A stretch of DNA of 64,000 nt from positions 261,236 to 325,235 of the forward strand of contig JAXLUN010000004.1 in assembly GCA_046329535.1 (NCBI GenBank). Reading direction: 5' to 3'. Shown piece by piece: positions 9,168 to 19,603 of this stretch. Each line of letters begins with the position of its first letter. The first letter of the stretch is position 1. The DNA is from Chitinophagales bacterium. Its GTDB lineage: Bacteria; Bacteroidota; Bacteroidia; Chitinophagales; LD1. Made by a program: the position numbers and the translations under genes. Below the pieces are notes generated by a model. The model was not told the DNA's origin, did not search any database, and worked only from the letters and a program-made list of their open reading frames with translations.

Positions 9168-11003
9168 ATGAAAAACTTATTTCCACTCTTGTTTCTTCTT
9201 GTATTTTTTTCGTGTAAAATGAAACCACAAAACAAAACATATACCGATGCAGAAATAACTGCTGAATCCAAAAAACTGAACGATTTTCTCGATAAGAAAT
9301 TTGATGAAGCGGTTAGTCGTAATCCGGAGTGGGCTTCTTCACTAGGACTTAAAACCGGCTATGATAGTTGGAACGACCGCAGTGATGAACATGCCGATAC
9401 CGAATTTGAAATTCAAAAAGCCAATGTGGATTCGGTATTGAAAAACTTTAATCTGGATGCCTTGGATGCGCAGACCCGACTGAGTGTTCGAATGTTGCAG
9501 GAAGATTTGAAGCGCACCGAAGAAGGCCGCCAGTGGAGACACTATGGCTATGATATTACTCAAATGGGTGGTGTTCATAATGACCTGCCGGCTTTTCTCA
9601 TCAATATTCATCGCATTGACTCTTTAAGTGATGCAGAAGCTTATCTATCGCGTCTCAGGAAACTTCCGGCTGTGTTTGACCAAACCTTAACTGACCTGCA
9701 GAAAAGTGAATCGCTTGGAGTAATACCACCTTATTTCACATTTAAATATGTATCAGACGATTTAAGGAATTTTATTGCATCCTGTGATAAGCAAAACGAA
9801 GAGAATGTATTATTGACCGACTTTTGTGAAAAGATAAAGGTGTTGAAACTTGAAAAAGAGCAACATGATTTGTTGCAACATAAAGCATCTGAAATAATAG
9901 CTACCTCAGTAAAAAGTTCTTATCAAAAGTTACTCGATTATTGGACATCTCTTGAACGTAAGGCCATAGCTAATGGGAACAAAGGCGTCTGGAATCTGCC
10001 CCATGGAGATGCTTATTATGCTGCGCAGTTACAATACCACACCACAACGAACATGACTCCGGAGGAGATATATCAAACAGGATTAAAGGAGGTGGCACGT
10101 ATCCAGGGTGAAATGCGGGCACTAATGAAACAAGTGAATTTTAAGAGCGACTCACTGCAGGAATTTTTTGAATTTGTACGCACAGATGAGCAGTTTAAAT
10201 ATACCAACAACATAATAGGTAAAAAGCAATTACTGGATGACGCAAATCGCTACATTGATTCTATGCGAGTTCATTTGCCGGAGTTATTCAATACCCTTCC
10301 TAAAGCTAAGCTGGTGGTAAAGCAAGTGGAGGCATTTAGAGAGAAAAGCAGTGGCGGTGCGTTTTATGAAGATCCCGCTTTAGATGGTTCCAGACCGGGA
10401 AGATACTACGTAAACACCTATAATATGGCTGATGAGCCCAAGTATCAGATGGAAGCACTCACTTATCATGAAGCCATACCGGGTCATCATATGCAGATTG
10501 CCATTGCACAGGAGTTGAAAGATGTGCCTAAGTTTCGTAAGTATGAATTCTTCACTTCGTATATTGAAGGCTGGGCGCTTTATGCTGAGAAATTAGGTAA
10601 AGAAGTAGGTAAGTACGAAGACCCTTATTCCGATTTTGGAAGATTGAGTATGGAAATTTTCCGTGCAGCCCGTTTGGTGGTTGATGCAGGCATTCATGCC
10701 AAGCACTGGACCCGTGAGCAGGCCATCGATTATTTTATGAAAAATACGGCCAATGCCAAGGGGGATATTGAAAAAGAAATTGAACGGTACTTCTTGTGGC
10801 CAGGCCAGGCTACGGGTTATAAAACAGGTATGCTAAAGATTATTGCTCTTCGAGAACAGGCACAAAAGCAATTGGGCAATCAGTTTGATATTCGTCAGTT
10901 TCATGATGTATTGCTGACCAACGGTGCTGTGTCGCTTACCACACTGGAAGAATTAGTCAATGAATGGATTGAAAAGGTAAAGGCGAAAAACAAAATACAG
11001 TAA
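9168..11003 (+). CDS. DUF885 family lipoprotein (putative metallopeptidase-like)
   Basis: Lipobox FFSC. Size of ~610 aa and a YHEAIPGHHMQ motif characteristic of DUF885. Confidence 0.85.
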   Translation: MKNLFPLLFLLVFFSCKMKPQNKTYTDAEITAESKKLNDFLDKKFDEAVSRNPEWASSLGLKTGYDSWNDRSDEHADTEFEIQKANVDSVLKNFNLDALDAQTRLSVRMLQEDLKRTEEGRQWRHYGYDITQMGGVHNDLPAFLINIHRIDSLSDAEAYLSRLRKLPAVFDQTLTDLQKSESLGVIPPYFTFKYVSDDLRNFIASCDKQNEENVLLTDFCEKIKVLKLEKEQHDLLQHKASEIIATSVKSSYQKLLDYWTSLERKAIANGNKGVWNLPHGDAYYAAQLQYHTTTNMTPEEIYQTGLKEVARIQGEMRALMKQVNFKSDSLQEFFEFVRTDEQFKYTNNIIGKKQLLDDANRYIDSMRVHLPELFNTLPKAKLVVKQVEAFREKSSGGAFYEDPALDGSRPGRYYVNTYNMADEPKYQMEALTYHEAIPGHHMQIAIAQELKDVPKFRKYEFFTSYIEGWALYAEKLGKEVGKYEDPYSDFGRLSMEIFRAARLVVDAGIHAKHWTREQAIDYFMKNTANAKGDIEKEIERYFLWPGQATGYKTGMLKIIALREQAQKQLGNQFDIRQFHDVLLTNGAVSLTTLEELVNEWIEKVKAKNKIQ

Positions 11004-11019
11004 ACCCAAACTTTTGAGG

Positions 11020-11931
11020 ATGCTCAAGATTGCCTTTATAGTGCATGGTAAATGCCGGGCCAGAAAACAGTTGCTGGAAGATATTCAGCACAATTTCGGA
11101 AGCGATTTTATGGTTGGCATTTTTGAAACCACCCACTATCAGCATTCGATAGAACTGGGCAAAAAGGCTGCGGAAGAAAGATACGATTATATTATATCCT
11201 GCGGTGGAGATGGTACACTGAATGAAACTCTGAATGGAATCATGCAATCGGCAAACAGGGAGGTGAAACTGGGGGTGCTTCCCCATGGCTCCGGAAATGA
11301 CTTTATTAAAACGGTACAATCATCCGACACGGTAGAAGGTTTGCGTAAGTTGATAGACGACCATCGTATCAGAAGAATAGACATAGGCCTTTCTGAGTAT
11401 ATCTCTCCTCACCGAGAGCCTGCCAAGCGCTATTTTATCAATATTACCGACATTGGTTTAGGGGGTGTTATTGCCGAGCAACTTTTTGGTTCCAAGAAAT
11501 TTTTCGGCCCTACATTGACTTATCAGTATTACATCCTTAAAAATCTCATAACCTACAGCCCCAAGCCGATAATTATAGAGGCCGATAGCTTCAACTATGC
11601 TGGGCGGGTTATGAATTTTTGTGCGGCTAATGCCAAATACTTTGGCAGTGGTTTGGGGGTATCTCCTCAATCTGATATCAGCGATGGTTTACTGAATGCA
11701 ATAGCCGTTGGTAACATAGGTTTGCTCGATTACTTTAAGCATTTACCGGCCATAAAAAAATGTCTGCCCATACAACATCCGGAGGTGAAATATTATACGG
11801 CACGTGAGATTAAATTCTCCTCTACCATACGGGACATGCCCGTAGATATGGATGGTGAGTTTATAGGCTACTTACCCATGAAAGTAACCGTGATTCCAGC
11901 TGCGATTGACTTTATCTGTATGGCTAGCTAG
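11020..11931 (+). CDS. Diacylglycerol/lipid kinase family protein (YegS/BmrU-like)
   Basis: GGDGTLNE motif and LPHGSGNDF. The ORF track starts at TTG 11014; ATG at 11020 (MLKIAFIVHG) is the more likely start. Confidence 0.85.
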   Translation: MLKIAFIVHGKCRARKQLLEDIQHNFGSDFMVGIFETTHYQHSIELGKKAAEERYDYIISCGGDGTLNETLNGIMQSANREVKLGVLPHGSGNDFIKTVQSSDTVEGLRKLIDDHRIRRIDIGLSEYISPHREPAKRYFINITDIGLGGVIAEQLFGSKKFFGPTLTYQYYILKNLITYSPKPIIIEADSFNYAGRVMNFCAANAKYFGSGLGVSPQSDISDGLLNAIAVGNIGLLDYFKHLPAIKKCLPIQHPEVKYYTAREIKFSSTIRDMPVDMDGEFIGYLPMKVTVIPAAIDFICMAS

Positions 11932-11978
11932 GCTCCTCATAAGCCCTTTATTTAACTTTTACCATACCGTTAAATAAT

Positions 11979-11986
11979 TAAGTTTG
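11979..11986 (+). promoter_or_regulatory. Candidate -7 box for the SGNH esterase gene
   Basis: TAAGTTTG matches TAnnTTTG, 22 nt before the ATG at 12008. No clear -33 TTG. Confidence 0.3.
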
Positions 11987-12007
11987 TAGTAACCATAAAA
12001 AATAATC

Positions 12008-13654
12008 ATGAAAAAAAATCTACTCTTCCTGTTGTTGCTTTGTTTTTCACTTCATCGGGTTTCGGCTCAGTGTGCGGAACAGAATCAAACTAAAATATTG
12101 ATGATGGGCGATAGCTGGGCCTATTTCATGCATTTTGAACAAACTCTGAATCAGGTAATGGCTAAGTGGGGACATTCCAATGTAAAATATGTTTCTAACG
12201 GAACACTTTCTGAAAACGGCACACAGACGGATGATTTTTTAAAGGCCGACAAGAAGAATGCATTTTTAGCTGCTTTAGCTCAAAACCCGGATATAGAAAT
12301 TGTTCACTTGAGCATTGGAGGGAATGATATGCTGGGTGACTGGAAAAAAAGTTTTACACAAGGGCATACCGACACCCTGCGCCATGAAGTTCTGCTCCGT
12401 CTGGATTCTATCGTTCAGTTTATAAAGGCAGCTAAGCCCGGCATCAAAATTTTATGGAGTGGATATACTTACCCTAATTTTGAAGAACCAGTTACATCTC
12501 CCGGCCTTTTTACGGGTAGTAACCATCCGTTTTATGGCACCTGGTCAGATATGGAGTTTCCCAATTTCTTAGAGATTAATACGGTTTTAAACGATGTTAG
12601 TACAGATATGATTGCCTACACATCCACCGAACCGGATGTATATTTTGTAAATGCTACAGGTATCCTGCAATATACTACCGGTCAGTCTAGTCCTTTATGT
12701 TGCGGTATTCAACCTCAGGGCACTTATGCCGCCCATTCAGTTTCTTTACCACTGGGCGACCCAAACTATCCGTCTCCAATGAGTACCATGCGTGACTATC
12801 TTGGTTTAACTAAGGATTGTTTCCACTTATCTCCGGGCGGTTATATTGATTTTGTTGGATACCATGCTCAGAAGTTCTACCAAAAGGCCTTAATGGATGA
12901 CAAGTATCTGCTGTCAGCGGATAATGCACAAACTGGGTTTGTTTCCTCAACCGGTAATACTGCCGATTCTTTAGTTCTGGGCGAAGCTTCAGGAGAACAG
13001 TTTGCTACTGTTCTTTCATTCAACACCACCACAATGGCCGATACTACATTGGCTAAAGCCAGTTTGTTTTTGAGAAGAAAATCTTCGACAGGAAGTAATC
13101 CAGTTAATGGAAGTCTGGAAGTAAAAGTAAAGAGCGGCAACTTCGGTGCTACTGTTAATGTAGAAGCAACAGATTTTAATGCTGCTTCAGACGCTAGTGG
13201 AACACCATGTCAGTTTGGTACAAACAGCAATGGGAACTGGATCCGATTAGATTTACCTGCTTCACTTTATCCTTTTATTACTAATAATGCGGAAACTCAG
13301 TTTGTTGTTTCAGCTCCTGGTTTTACCGGAGGAACTGTAGTATTTAATAATTCCAGTGATCCTGATTTTGCTCCGGTACTGAATCTGAAATACGGTGTAG
13401 TATCAGGAGTAGAAGAAATTGGAGGGTCTGCATTATTCTCTATTTATCCAAATCCTGCTGGCAATACAATTAGCATCAATACTAATGGAGAAGCTATCCG
13501 AAATATTGAACTAACTGATGTATTAGGTAAAGTGCTTATCAAACCGGTTGTAAATTCCAATAGTATTGATATCAGTACTCTGAGCAATGGTGTATATATC
13601 ATGAATGTAACCACTGCTAAAGGAATCAGCTCACAGAAGTTTATCAAACAGTAG
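12008..13654 (+). CDS. SGNH/GDSL hydrolase with T9SS type A C-terminal sorting domain
   Basis: Signal peptide. Block I MMGDSWAYF, block III SIGGNDML, block V DCFH. C-terminus LFSIYPNPAGNTISIN...LSNGVYIMNV...QKFIKQ is Por_Secre_tail-like. Confidence 0.8.
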   Translation: MKKNLLFLLLLCFSLHRVSAQCAEQNQTKILMMGDSWAYFMHFEQTLNQVMAKWGHSNVKYVSNGTLSENGTQTDDFLKADKKNAFLAALAQNPDIEIVHLSIGGNDMLGDWKKSFTQGHTDTLRHEVLLRLDSIVQFIKAAKPGIKILWSGYTYPNFEEPVTSPGLFTGSNHPFYGTWSDMEFPNFLEINTVLNDVSTDMIAYTSTEPDVYFVNATGILQYTTGQSSPLCCGIQPQGTYAAHSVSLPLGDPNYPSPMSTMRDYLGLTKDCFHLSPGGYIDFVGYHAQKFYQKALMDDKYLLSADNAQTGFVSSTGNTADSLVLGEASGEQFATVLSFNTTTMADTTLAKASLFLRRKSSTGSNPVNGSLEVKVKSGNFGATVNVEATDFNAASDASGTPCQFGTNSNGNWIRLDLPASLYPFITNNAETQFVVSAPGFTGGTVVFNNSSDPDFAPVLNLKYGVVSGVEEIGGSALFSIYPNPAGNTISINTNGEAIRNIELTDVLGKVLIKPVVNSNSIDISTLSNGVYIMNVTTAKGISSQKFIKQ

Positions 13655-13674
13655 TCTATCTAACTGAAAAGCAG

Positions 13675-13704
13675 AAGGCTCTCCGGTTTCGGGGAGCCTT
13701 TTTT
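13675..13704 (+). terminator. Intrinsic terminator after the SGNH esterase gene
   Basis: GGCTCTCC / GGGGAGCC hairpin with loop GGTTTC, followed by TTTTTT. Confidence 0.6.
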
Positions 13705-13893
13705 ATGACATACGGTGAGTGTTATGAAAAGCGTTTGTAGTTTTGATAGGCTATAGTCAATAAGGCCCAAAACCCATAGTTCATTCTTGACGAAGTCGAT
13801 AAACGTGATTTTAGGATGATAAATACTTTTTTCGATTTACTAGAATTCATGTTATTCGCAGATATCATGTTTCATTATTTATTTTAAGCAATC

Positions 13894-14505
13894 ATGGTTA
13901 AACGGAAAATTGTTAGGAGTTTAAGAATTTCTCGATACGTACTTTATAAAGAAACACTGGTTGACTATAAGGAGCATTTCTGGTCCTTTATCGGAGCTTT
14001 TTTGGGTATTGGTGCCATTGCATTCTTTCAAAGTTATAGTCTAGCAAAAATTGAGAATATCTTTCTGATTGGTTCTTTTGGTGCCAGTAGTGTTCTGGTT
14101 TATGGAGCCATTCAAAGCCCTTTGGCACAGCCACGTAACTTAATTGGCGGGCATTTGATTTCAGCACTAATTGGCGTTTCTGTTTATAAGTTGTTACCAG
14201 ATATTATCTGGCTGACTGCTCCATTGGCGGTTGCGCTTTCTATTGTATTTATGCAGATTACTAAAACACTTCATCCACCAGGAGGAGCTACTGCTTTAAT
14301 AGCCGTGATAGGTTCAGAAAAAATTAGATCTTTGGGATATCTATATGTGGTATCACCTGTATTAACCGGAGCTATCATACTACTAGGAGTAGCTCTTTTT
14401 TTTAATAATGTAACTCGGAATCGGCAATACCCGAATAGGAATCCGATGAACCGTTTTTTCCAAGAAGGATTTCTTAAGTCTAAACTCAACAAATTCCTAA
14501 AATAG
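13894..14505 (+). CDS. HPP family membrane protein
   Basis: Multi-pass hydrophobic protein with the signature LHPPGGATAL. Confidence 0.8.
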   Translation: MVKRKIVRSLRISRYVLYKETLVDYKEHFWSFIGAFLGIGAIAFFQSYSLAKIENIFLIGSFGASSVLVYGAIQSPLAQPRNLIGGHLISALIGVSVYKLLPDIIWLTAPLAVALSIVFMQITKTLHPPGGATALIAVIGSEKIRSLGYLYVVSPVLTGAIILLGVALFFNNVTRNRQYPNRNPMNRFFQEGFLKSKLNKFLK

Positions 14506-14520
14506 ACAATGAGTGAAAGT

Positions 14521-14573
14521 TTTACAGTAAGCAAAAGAGCAGGTCAATTGCCTGCTCTTTTGCTTACTGTAAA
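14521..14573. terminator. Perfect 23-bp inverted repeat between convergent genes (possible bidirectional terminator)
   Basis: TTTACAGTAAGCAAAAGAGCAGG, loop TCAATTG, then CCTGCTCTTTTGCTTACTGTAAA with no mismatch. No canonical U-tract follows on either strand. Confidence 0.5.
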
Positions 14574-14581
14574 TCATAATG

Positions 14582-17500
14582 CTATTTTATCAGCGTAACT
14601 GTTCCTTTGTAATCAGAGTCACTATGGTCATTGAGCCAAACAAAACGTGCTACATATGTATATACAGCGGGCGGTAGTTTTGCTCCTTTAAACTCTCCAT
14701 TCCAGGCAAAATTGATATCATCTGTTTCAAATACTTTCTCACCCCATCGGTTAAATACCATTACATTTAGTTGTTTGATGGCCTGCATGTTTCCGTAAAT
14801 ACTCCAAAAATCATTGGCCCCGTCACCGTTAGGAGTAAACGCATTGGGTATAAAAAGATCATAGTTTGGTACCACCGTTACCGATATGGTACTGTTACCG
14901 GTACAGCCAGCTGAGGTGCTCATGTTTACTGTATAAACTACCGAGTAGTTACCACTGAAAACTGGCGAAGGACAGTCATAACAGGATAATCCGAATGCTG
15001 GAGTCCAATTGTAAGTTACGCTTCCAGTTTGTGTAGTGGAAGTTTGTAATTGCATACTTTCACCCAGATTTACTACCACCGGGTTTGGTGTAGCTGTAAT
15101 TGAGACTGGCGCTGGCTCCTGTATGTTTGCTGCATCGCTTATGGAGCAGTTGTTGGCATCGGTAATTGTTACGGTATAGTTTCCGGTAGCCAGATTGGTA
15201 AATACTCCGCTTGAATTTTGAGCTCCTGAAGAAAGTGAGTAGTTGTATATTGGTTGACCACCGGAAGTTTGAATAGTTATTGTTCCGTCAGTATATCCAT
15301 AGCAACTAGCATCGGTTGCTGTTACAAGGCTGGTAATTTGTTGTGGTTGATTAACTGTAACAATCGTAGAGTCGGCACATGCATTATTATCGGTTACAAC
15401 AATTGCATATGTAGCAGCCGTTAGGGATGTATATTGTCCCGTGCCGGAATTTTGAAAGTTAACTCCATCACTGGTAAGCGTATAGCTGTAAGGTGAAGTG
15501 CCACCGGTAGAAACTGCGGTTACAGTACCATTATTATCGCCAAAGCAAAGCGCATTGGTTGCTGTAGCAGTAACATCAAGTAATGCAGGAGAAGTAATAC
15601 TTACTGAGACAGTTGCTGTACAGTTGTTCAGGTCAGTTACTGTTAAAGCATATGTTGCTGCTGTTAAATTAAGTGCAGAATCAGTTGTACTTATGGAAGG
15701 ATTCCATGAATAGGTATATCCCGGAGTACCTCCATTCACCGATGTAATTATCTGTGCATTGGTACTTCCAGAACAAAAATTATTGGTGTGATTTTCACTA
15801 ACTGTTAACTGGGTTGGTTGGGCGATTACAAAGGTGGTAGTTACAGTGCATAAACTATTATCAGTCATTGTTACATTATAGCTGCCTGCCGCTAAAGTAC
15901 TGGCTGAGTTTGTATTACTTACACCAGATGACCAACTGTAAGTGTAAGGTAGCGTACCTCCTGAAACAGTTACTGAGGCGGTACCTGTATTAATCCCAAA
16001 ACAGGTTAAGTCTATTTGTGCCTGTGTAAAAGTTAGTGCTGCTGGCTCCGCAATCAAAACACTTTCTGTTAAGCTGCAAAGATTAGCATCGTTAATGGTA
16101 ATATCATAGGTGCCAGCAATAAGCGCGGTGGCCGAATTTCCAGTGCTAACATTCGGACTCCATTGATACGAATATGGACCAGTACCTCCGGAGGTAAATA
16201 AATCAATAGTTCCGTTTGCCTGACCGAAACAGAATACATCATGTTTACTTACACTATCGGTCAGGGCTGAAGCTGGTTGTGTAATGACGATAAATGTATC
16301 TAACGGACAAGCAGCAGCATCAGTAACTGTTATGTTGTATGTTCCAGCAGTTAATGCATTGGCGGTATTAGATGTGGAAACATTCGGATTCCATGTGAAA
16401 GTATAAGCAGGACCAGCACCACCACTAACCGTTAGAGTAGAACTACCAGTGTTAGCACCAAAACAGAGAACATTAATATTGCTTTGTTGAAAAACTATGC
16501 CTGCAGGTTCAGTAATGGTGACAGTTCCGGTTTGTTGGCAACCAATAGCATCCGTGGATGTAACCGTGTAAGTCCCTGCAGGTAGAGGAATTGTCTGTCC
16601 GGTTGCACTATTACTCCATGAATAGTTGAATGGAGCTGTTCCCCCTACTGGGTTCGCTGTCGCACTTCCATTGGCTCCGTTACATAAAGCGTTGGTTACA
16701 GATACATTAAGATTTACGGCAGCAGGTTGAGTAATGGTAATACTGCTTGTTGCCGTACAACTATTCTGGTCTGTCGCAGTAACGGAATAGGTTCCTGCTG
16801 CCAGGTTAGTAATATTAGAACCAGTTAAACCACCTGTCCAATTATAGGTTACTGCGCCAGTTGCATTAATAAAATTAGCAGTTGCATCACCCATTGATAC
16901 ACCAAAACATGGGTTATTGTTGCCTGTTACGCTTACACTTTGCGGGCCGGGTTCGGTAATTGTTTCCGATAAGGCTACAACGCATCCTTTAGAATCAATA
17001 ACATTACCAGAGTAGATTCCTGCAGCAAGATTAGGGAGTGTATTGGTTCCGGCAGGAATAGGCGTACCTTGATAAGTATATGGAGCTGTTCCTCCGTTGA
17101 GTGTTAGTGTGATTGTTCCATTAGCCGCTCCGTTACAGGTCACATTGGTGTGCGATGAAGTAGCACTCAAAGCTGTGGCAGGCTGTTCCACGGTATCTCC
17201 TCCTATAACTGTACATGCATAGCTATCGGTAATTGTAAACGTGTAAATTCCAGCAGCTAACCCACTCAGGTTATTACTTGTACTAATGTTTGGATTCCAT
17301 TGAAATGTGTAGCCGGCTGTTCCTCCCGTAGGTGTTATATTATAACTTCCTGTACTGTTTCCATTGCAATTTACATGTTGAATAGTAGATGTGTAATAAA
17401 GAGGATTAGCCGGTCCTGGAACAGTAGCACTTCCAGACGTTGTACAACCATTATTATCTGTAACAGTTACACTGTAAGTTCCTGCAATGATGTTCGCATT

Positions 17501-19471
17501 AGTAGTGTCTGTGGCAAAGTTATTCCAGGAATATGTGTACGGGGCACTTCCTCCAGAAACCCGAACAGTAGCGCTACCTCTGCCGGCATGAAAACAACTA
17601 TCCATTACAGTAACAAAACTTGTTGATAGAGAAGGGATTCCAGAAACGTTGCCACTAGCCGTAGCGGTACATCCACTGCCATCAGTAACGGTAACTGTAA
17701 TTACTCCAGGTCCTAAATTACTTGCCACCGGATTATTGGGCTGCCCTCCGCTCCATGTATAGTTGTAAGGTGTGTTTCCTCCCGATATGACAGAAGCTAT
17801 GGCTTGGCCATTGTTGGAGCCTGCACAGGATATTGCAGTGGTGGCAAGCTGTGCAACCATAGCAGCACCAGGCTGGGTAATTGTTACACTCCCTGAAAAG
17901 GCATGTGCGGCATTGCCATCAGAGTAATTGTATGTATAAGTTCCAGCAGCTAAACCAGAGGCGGTTGCTCCTGTTGCTCCATTACTCCAAGTAATATTTA
18001 CAGGAGCAGTGCTCCCTGTTACAGTTAGTGTTGCGGATCCGTTGCTTCCATTAAAACAACTTACATTGACTACAGACGTACTCGAAGTTAGTCCACATGG
18101 AAGGGCGGTAATAGTTTCTGTATACTGTAATAATGCAGAACAGCCATTGGCATCATGAAAATCGGCAATCCAGGTACCTGCAGGAAGTGAAACCGTACTT
18201 CCCGGAAAACCAGCCCAGTTTACCCCTGTATAGGGAGGCGTTCCTCCACTAATTGCAATCGTTGCAGTTCCATTGCTGCCACATGGCGCATCGGTATGAG
18301 AAGTGGTGGCTGAAAGTGCAGTAGGTTGGTTCACGGTATATTGAGCTGAGGAAGCACAATATCCATCTGTTACAGAAACGGTATATGTGCCTGCATTTAC
18401 ACCAGTCCAGGTAGCTTGGGTATTTACTCCTCCATTCCATGAATATTGATAATTTCCAAATCCGTCAGTTGCGGTGACACCAATACTTCCAGTGCTTGCT
18501 CCATTGCAGGCTGGTTGAACAACTGTAGGCGAAAGTGAGATTGGATTCCTTACTTCTACAGTTTGTGTAGCGGAGGAGGAGCATCCATTGAAATCTAATA
18601 CAGTTAGAGTGGCAGTATAAGTTCCCGCAGTCGTATAAGTATGAGTAGAATTGATGGTTGCAAAGGTGGGGGTATTGATCGTGTTAGATGTTCCATCCCC
18701 GTAGTTCCAAGTAACCGATTGATATTGGTTAAGAAAGGTGGGTACGCAAGGATTTAGAAATTGAAGTTGAACAGGGTCTCCTAAACATACTTTATCTGAG
18801 GAGAATTGAAAGTCTACAAATACTTCGTATTGAAAATTCCGGTAGTAACAATCCCTTTGAGAGAGGTTATAAAAACCAAATCTTCCTGGTTTAAAACAGT
18901 CTTGCTGGTCAAACACTAATGCGCCATCAATATAAATGGTAGCACTGGTGTAAGTCAGATAAAGATCAAAATTATGCCATGTTAACCAACTCCATCCTGC
19001 TCCACCAAAATCGTTCTGGACAACAGTAAAAGCAGCGCTGTTTTGATGATTCCAAAATTGATTATTATAGTCGGCAGGTGTAATCACTCCATTTACACGG
19101 TTCAGTGATTTTCCACTTGGCGCACCACCTTGGTTAGCCTGTTTCCAGTCAAATAGCCAGCAATCAAAGGAGTCAGTGGCTCCAAGAGGATTTAGGAAAC
19201 TGAATACGAATCCCATATAATCATCATCTGTGTCAGTACTTCTAAACTCACCTGAAATGTGAACATTCATCATGTCAAATGGACTATAGAAAAACGAGGG
19301 ATCTCCATTGACTGATTGGTAAATCTGGGTACCTCCACTCTGTAAACTCCAATTTCCATTGCCGGGTTGACCACCTTGTTGCCAACTGGAGAAATTAACG
19401 TTGGTTACGCATTGAGCTCCTGCAAAAAGAATAGAAAATACAAATGCTGTTAAAAGTATTGTTTTCTTCAT
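14582..19471 (-). CDS. SprB-repeat/PKD adhesin-like protein with T9SS type B sorting domain
   Basis: Signal peptide. One PKD-like segment (WNYGDGTS...TYTATLTVLDFNGCSS). About 15 modules of C.G..NG.....GG..PY.Y.W......L.AGTY.VTVTD.N.C. C-terminus IPNAFTPNGDGANDFW...FNRWGEKVFE...WNGEF...VYTYV. Confidence 0.85.
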   Translation of the reverse strand: MKKTILLTAFVFSILFAGAQCVTNVNFSSWQQGGQPGNGNWSLQSGGTQIYQSVNGDPSFFYSPFDMMNVHISGEFRSTDTDDDYMGFVFSFLNPLGATDSFDCWLFDWKQANQGGAPSGKSLNRVNGVITPADYNNQFWNHQNSAAFTVVQNDFGGAGWSWLTWHNFDLYLTYTSATIYIDGALVFDQQDCFKPGRFGFYNLSQRDCYYRNFQYEVFVDFQFSSDKVCLGDPVQLQFLNPCVPTFLNQYQSVTWNYGDGTSNTINTPTFATINSTHTYTTAGTYTATLTVLDFNGCSSSATQTVEVRNPISLSPTVVQPACNGASTGSIGVTATDGFGNYQYSWNGGVNTQATWTGVNAGTYTVSVTDGYCASSAQYTVNQPTALSATTSHTDAPCGSNGTATIAISGGTPPYTGVNWAGFPGSTVSLPAGTWIADFHDANGCSALLQYTETITALPCGLTSSTSVVNVSCFNGSNGSATLTVTGSTAPVNITWSNGATGATASGLAAGTYTYNYSDGNAAHAFSGSVTITQPGAAMVAQLATTAISCAGSNNGQAIASVISGGNTPYNYTWSGGQPNNPVASNLGPGVITVTVTDGSGCTATASGNVSGIPSLSTSFVTVMDSCFHAGRGSATVRVSGGSAPYTYSWNNFATDTTNANIIAGTYSVTVTDNNGCTTSGSATVPGPANPLYYTSTIQHVNCNGNSTGSYNITPTGGTAGYTFQWNPNISTSNNLSGLAAGIYTFTITDSYACTVIGGDTVEQPATALSATSSHTNVTCNGAANGTITLTLNGGTAPYTYQGTPIPAGTNTLPNLAAGIYSGNVIDSKGCVVALSETITEPGPQSVSVTGNNNPCFGVSMGDATANFINATGAVTYNWTGGLTGSNITNLAAGTYSVTATDQNSCTATSSITITQPAAVNLNVSVTNALCNGANGSATANPVGGTAPFNYSWSNSATGQTIPLPAGTYTVTSTDAIGCQQTGTVTITEPAGIVFQQSNINVLCFGANTGSSTLTVSGGAGPAYTFTWNPNVSTSNTANALTAGTYNITVTDAAACPLDTFIVITQPASALTDSVSKHDVFCFGQANGTIDLFTSGGTGPYSYQWSPNVSTGNSATALIAGTYDITINDANLCSLTESVLIAEPAALTFTQAQIDLTCFGINTGTASVTVSGGTLPYTYSWSSGVSNTNSASTLAAGSYNVTMTDNSLCTVTTTFVIAQPTQLTVSENHTNNFCSGSTNAQIITSVNGGTPGYTYSWNPSISTTDSALNLTAATYALTVTDLNNCTATVSVSITSPALLDVTATATNALCFGDNNGTVTAVSTGGTSPYSYTLTSDGVNFQNSGTGQYTSLTAATYAIVVTDNNACADSTIVTVNQPQQITSLVTATDASCYGYTDGTITIQTSGGQPIYNYSLSSGAQNSSGVFTNLATGNYTVTITDANNCSISDAANIQEPAPVSITATPNPVVVNLGESMQLQTSTTQTGSVTYNWTPAFGLSCYDCPSPVFSGNYSVVYTVNMSTSAGCTGNSTISVTVVPNYDLFIPNAFTPNGDGANDFWSIYGNMQAIKQLNVMVFNRWGEKVFETDDINFAWNGEFKGAKLPPAVYTYVARFVWLNDHSDSDYKGTVTLIK
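15031..18541 (-). repeat. About 15 tandem Cys-framed ~75-80 aa coding modules (SprB-type repeats)
   Basis: Recurrent C-x-G-x2-N-G ... G-G-x2-P-Y-x-Y-x-W ... A-G-T-Y-x-V-T-V-T-D pattern through residues ~310-1480 of the 1629-aa protein. Coordinates are approximate. Confidence 0.7.
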
Positions 19472-19603
19472 AGTCTAGTTGTAATAAACTGATAATATCT
19501 AATAATATTAATGAATAAATTTCAGGAAATACAAATTCCCATTTAACAAGATGCAATAAATGCGAATTGTGTTGCTTTAAGGAAAAAAACAGAACATATC
19601 TTT

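Noticed and set aside
15498-18440. ORFs of 63-108 aa inside the SprB-repeat gene (antisense at 15498-15713 and 17300-17626, alternative frame at 18249-18440)
   Set aside because: The repetitive Thr/Gly/Ser-rich coding DNA leaves alternative frames open by chance, and the sense protein has clear domain structure.
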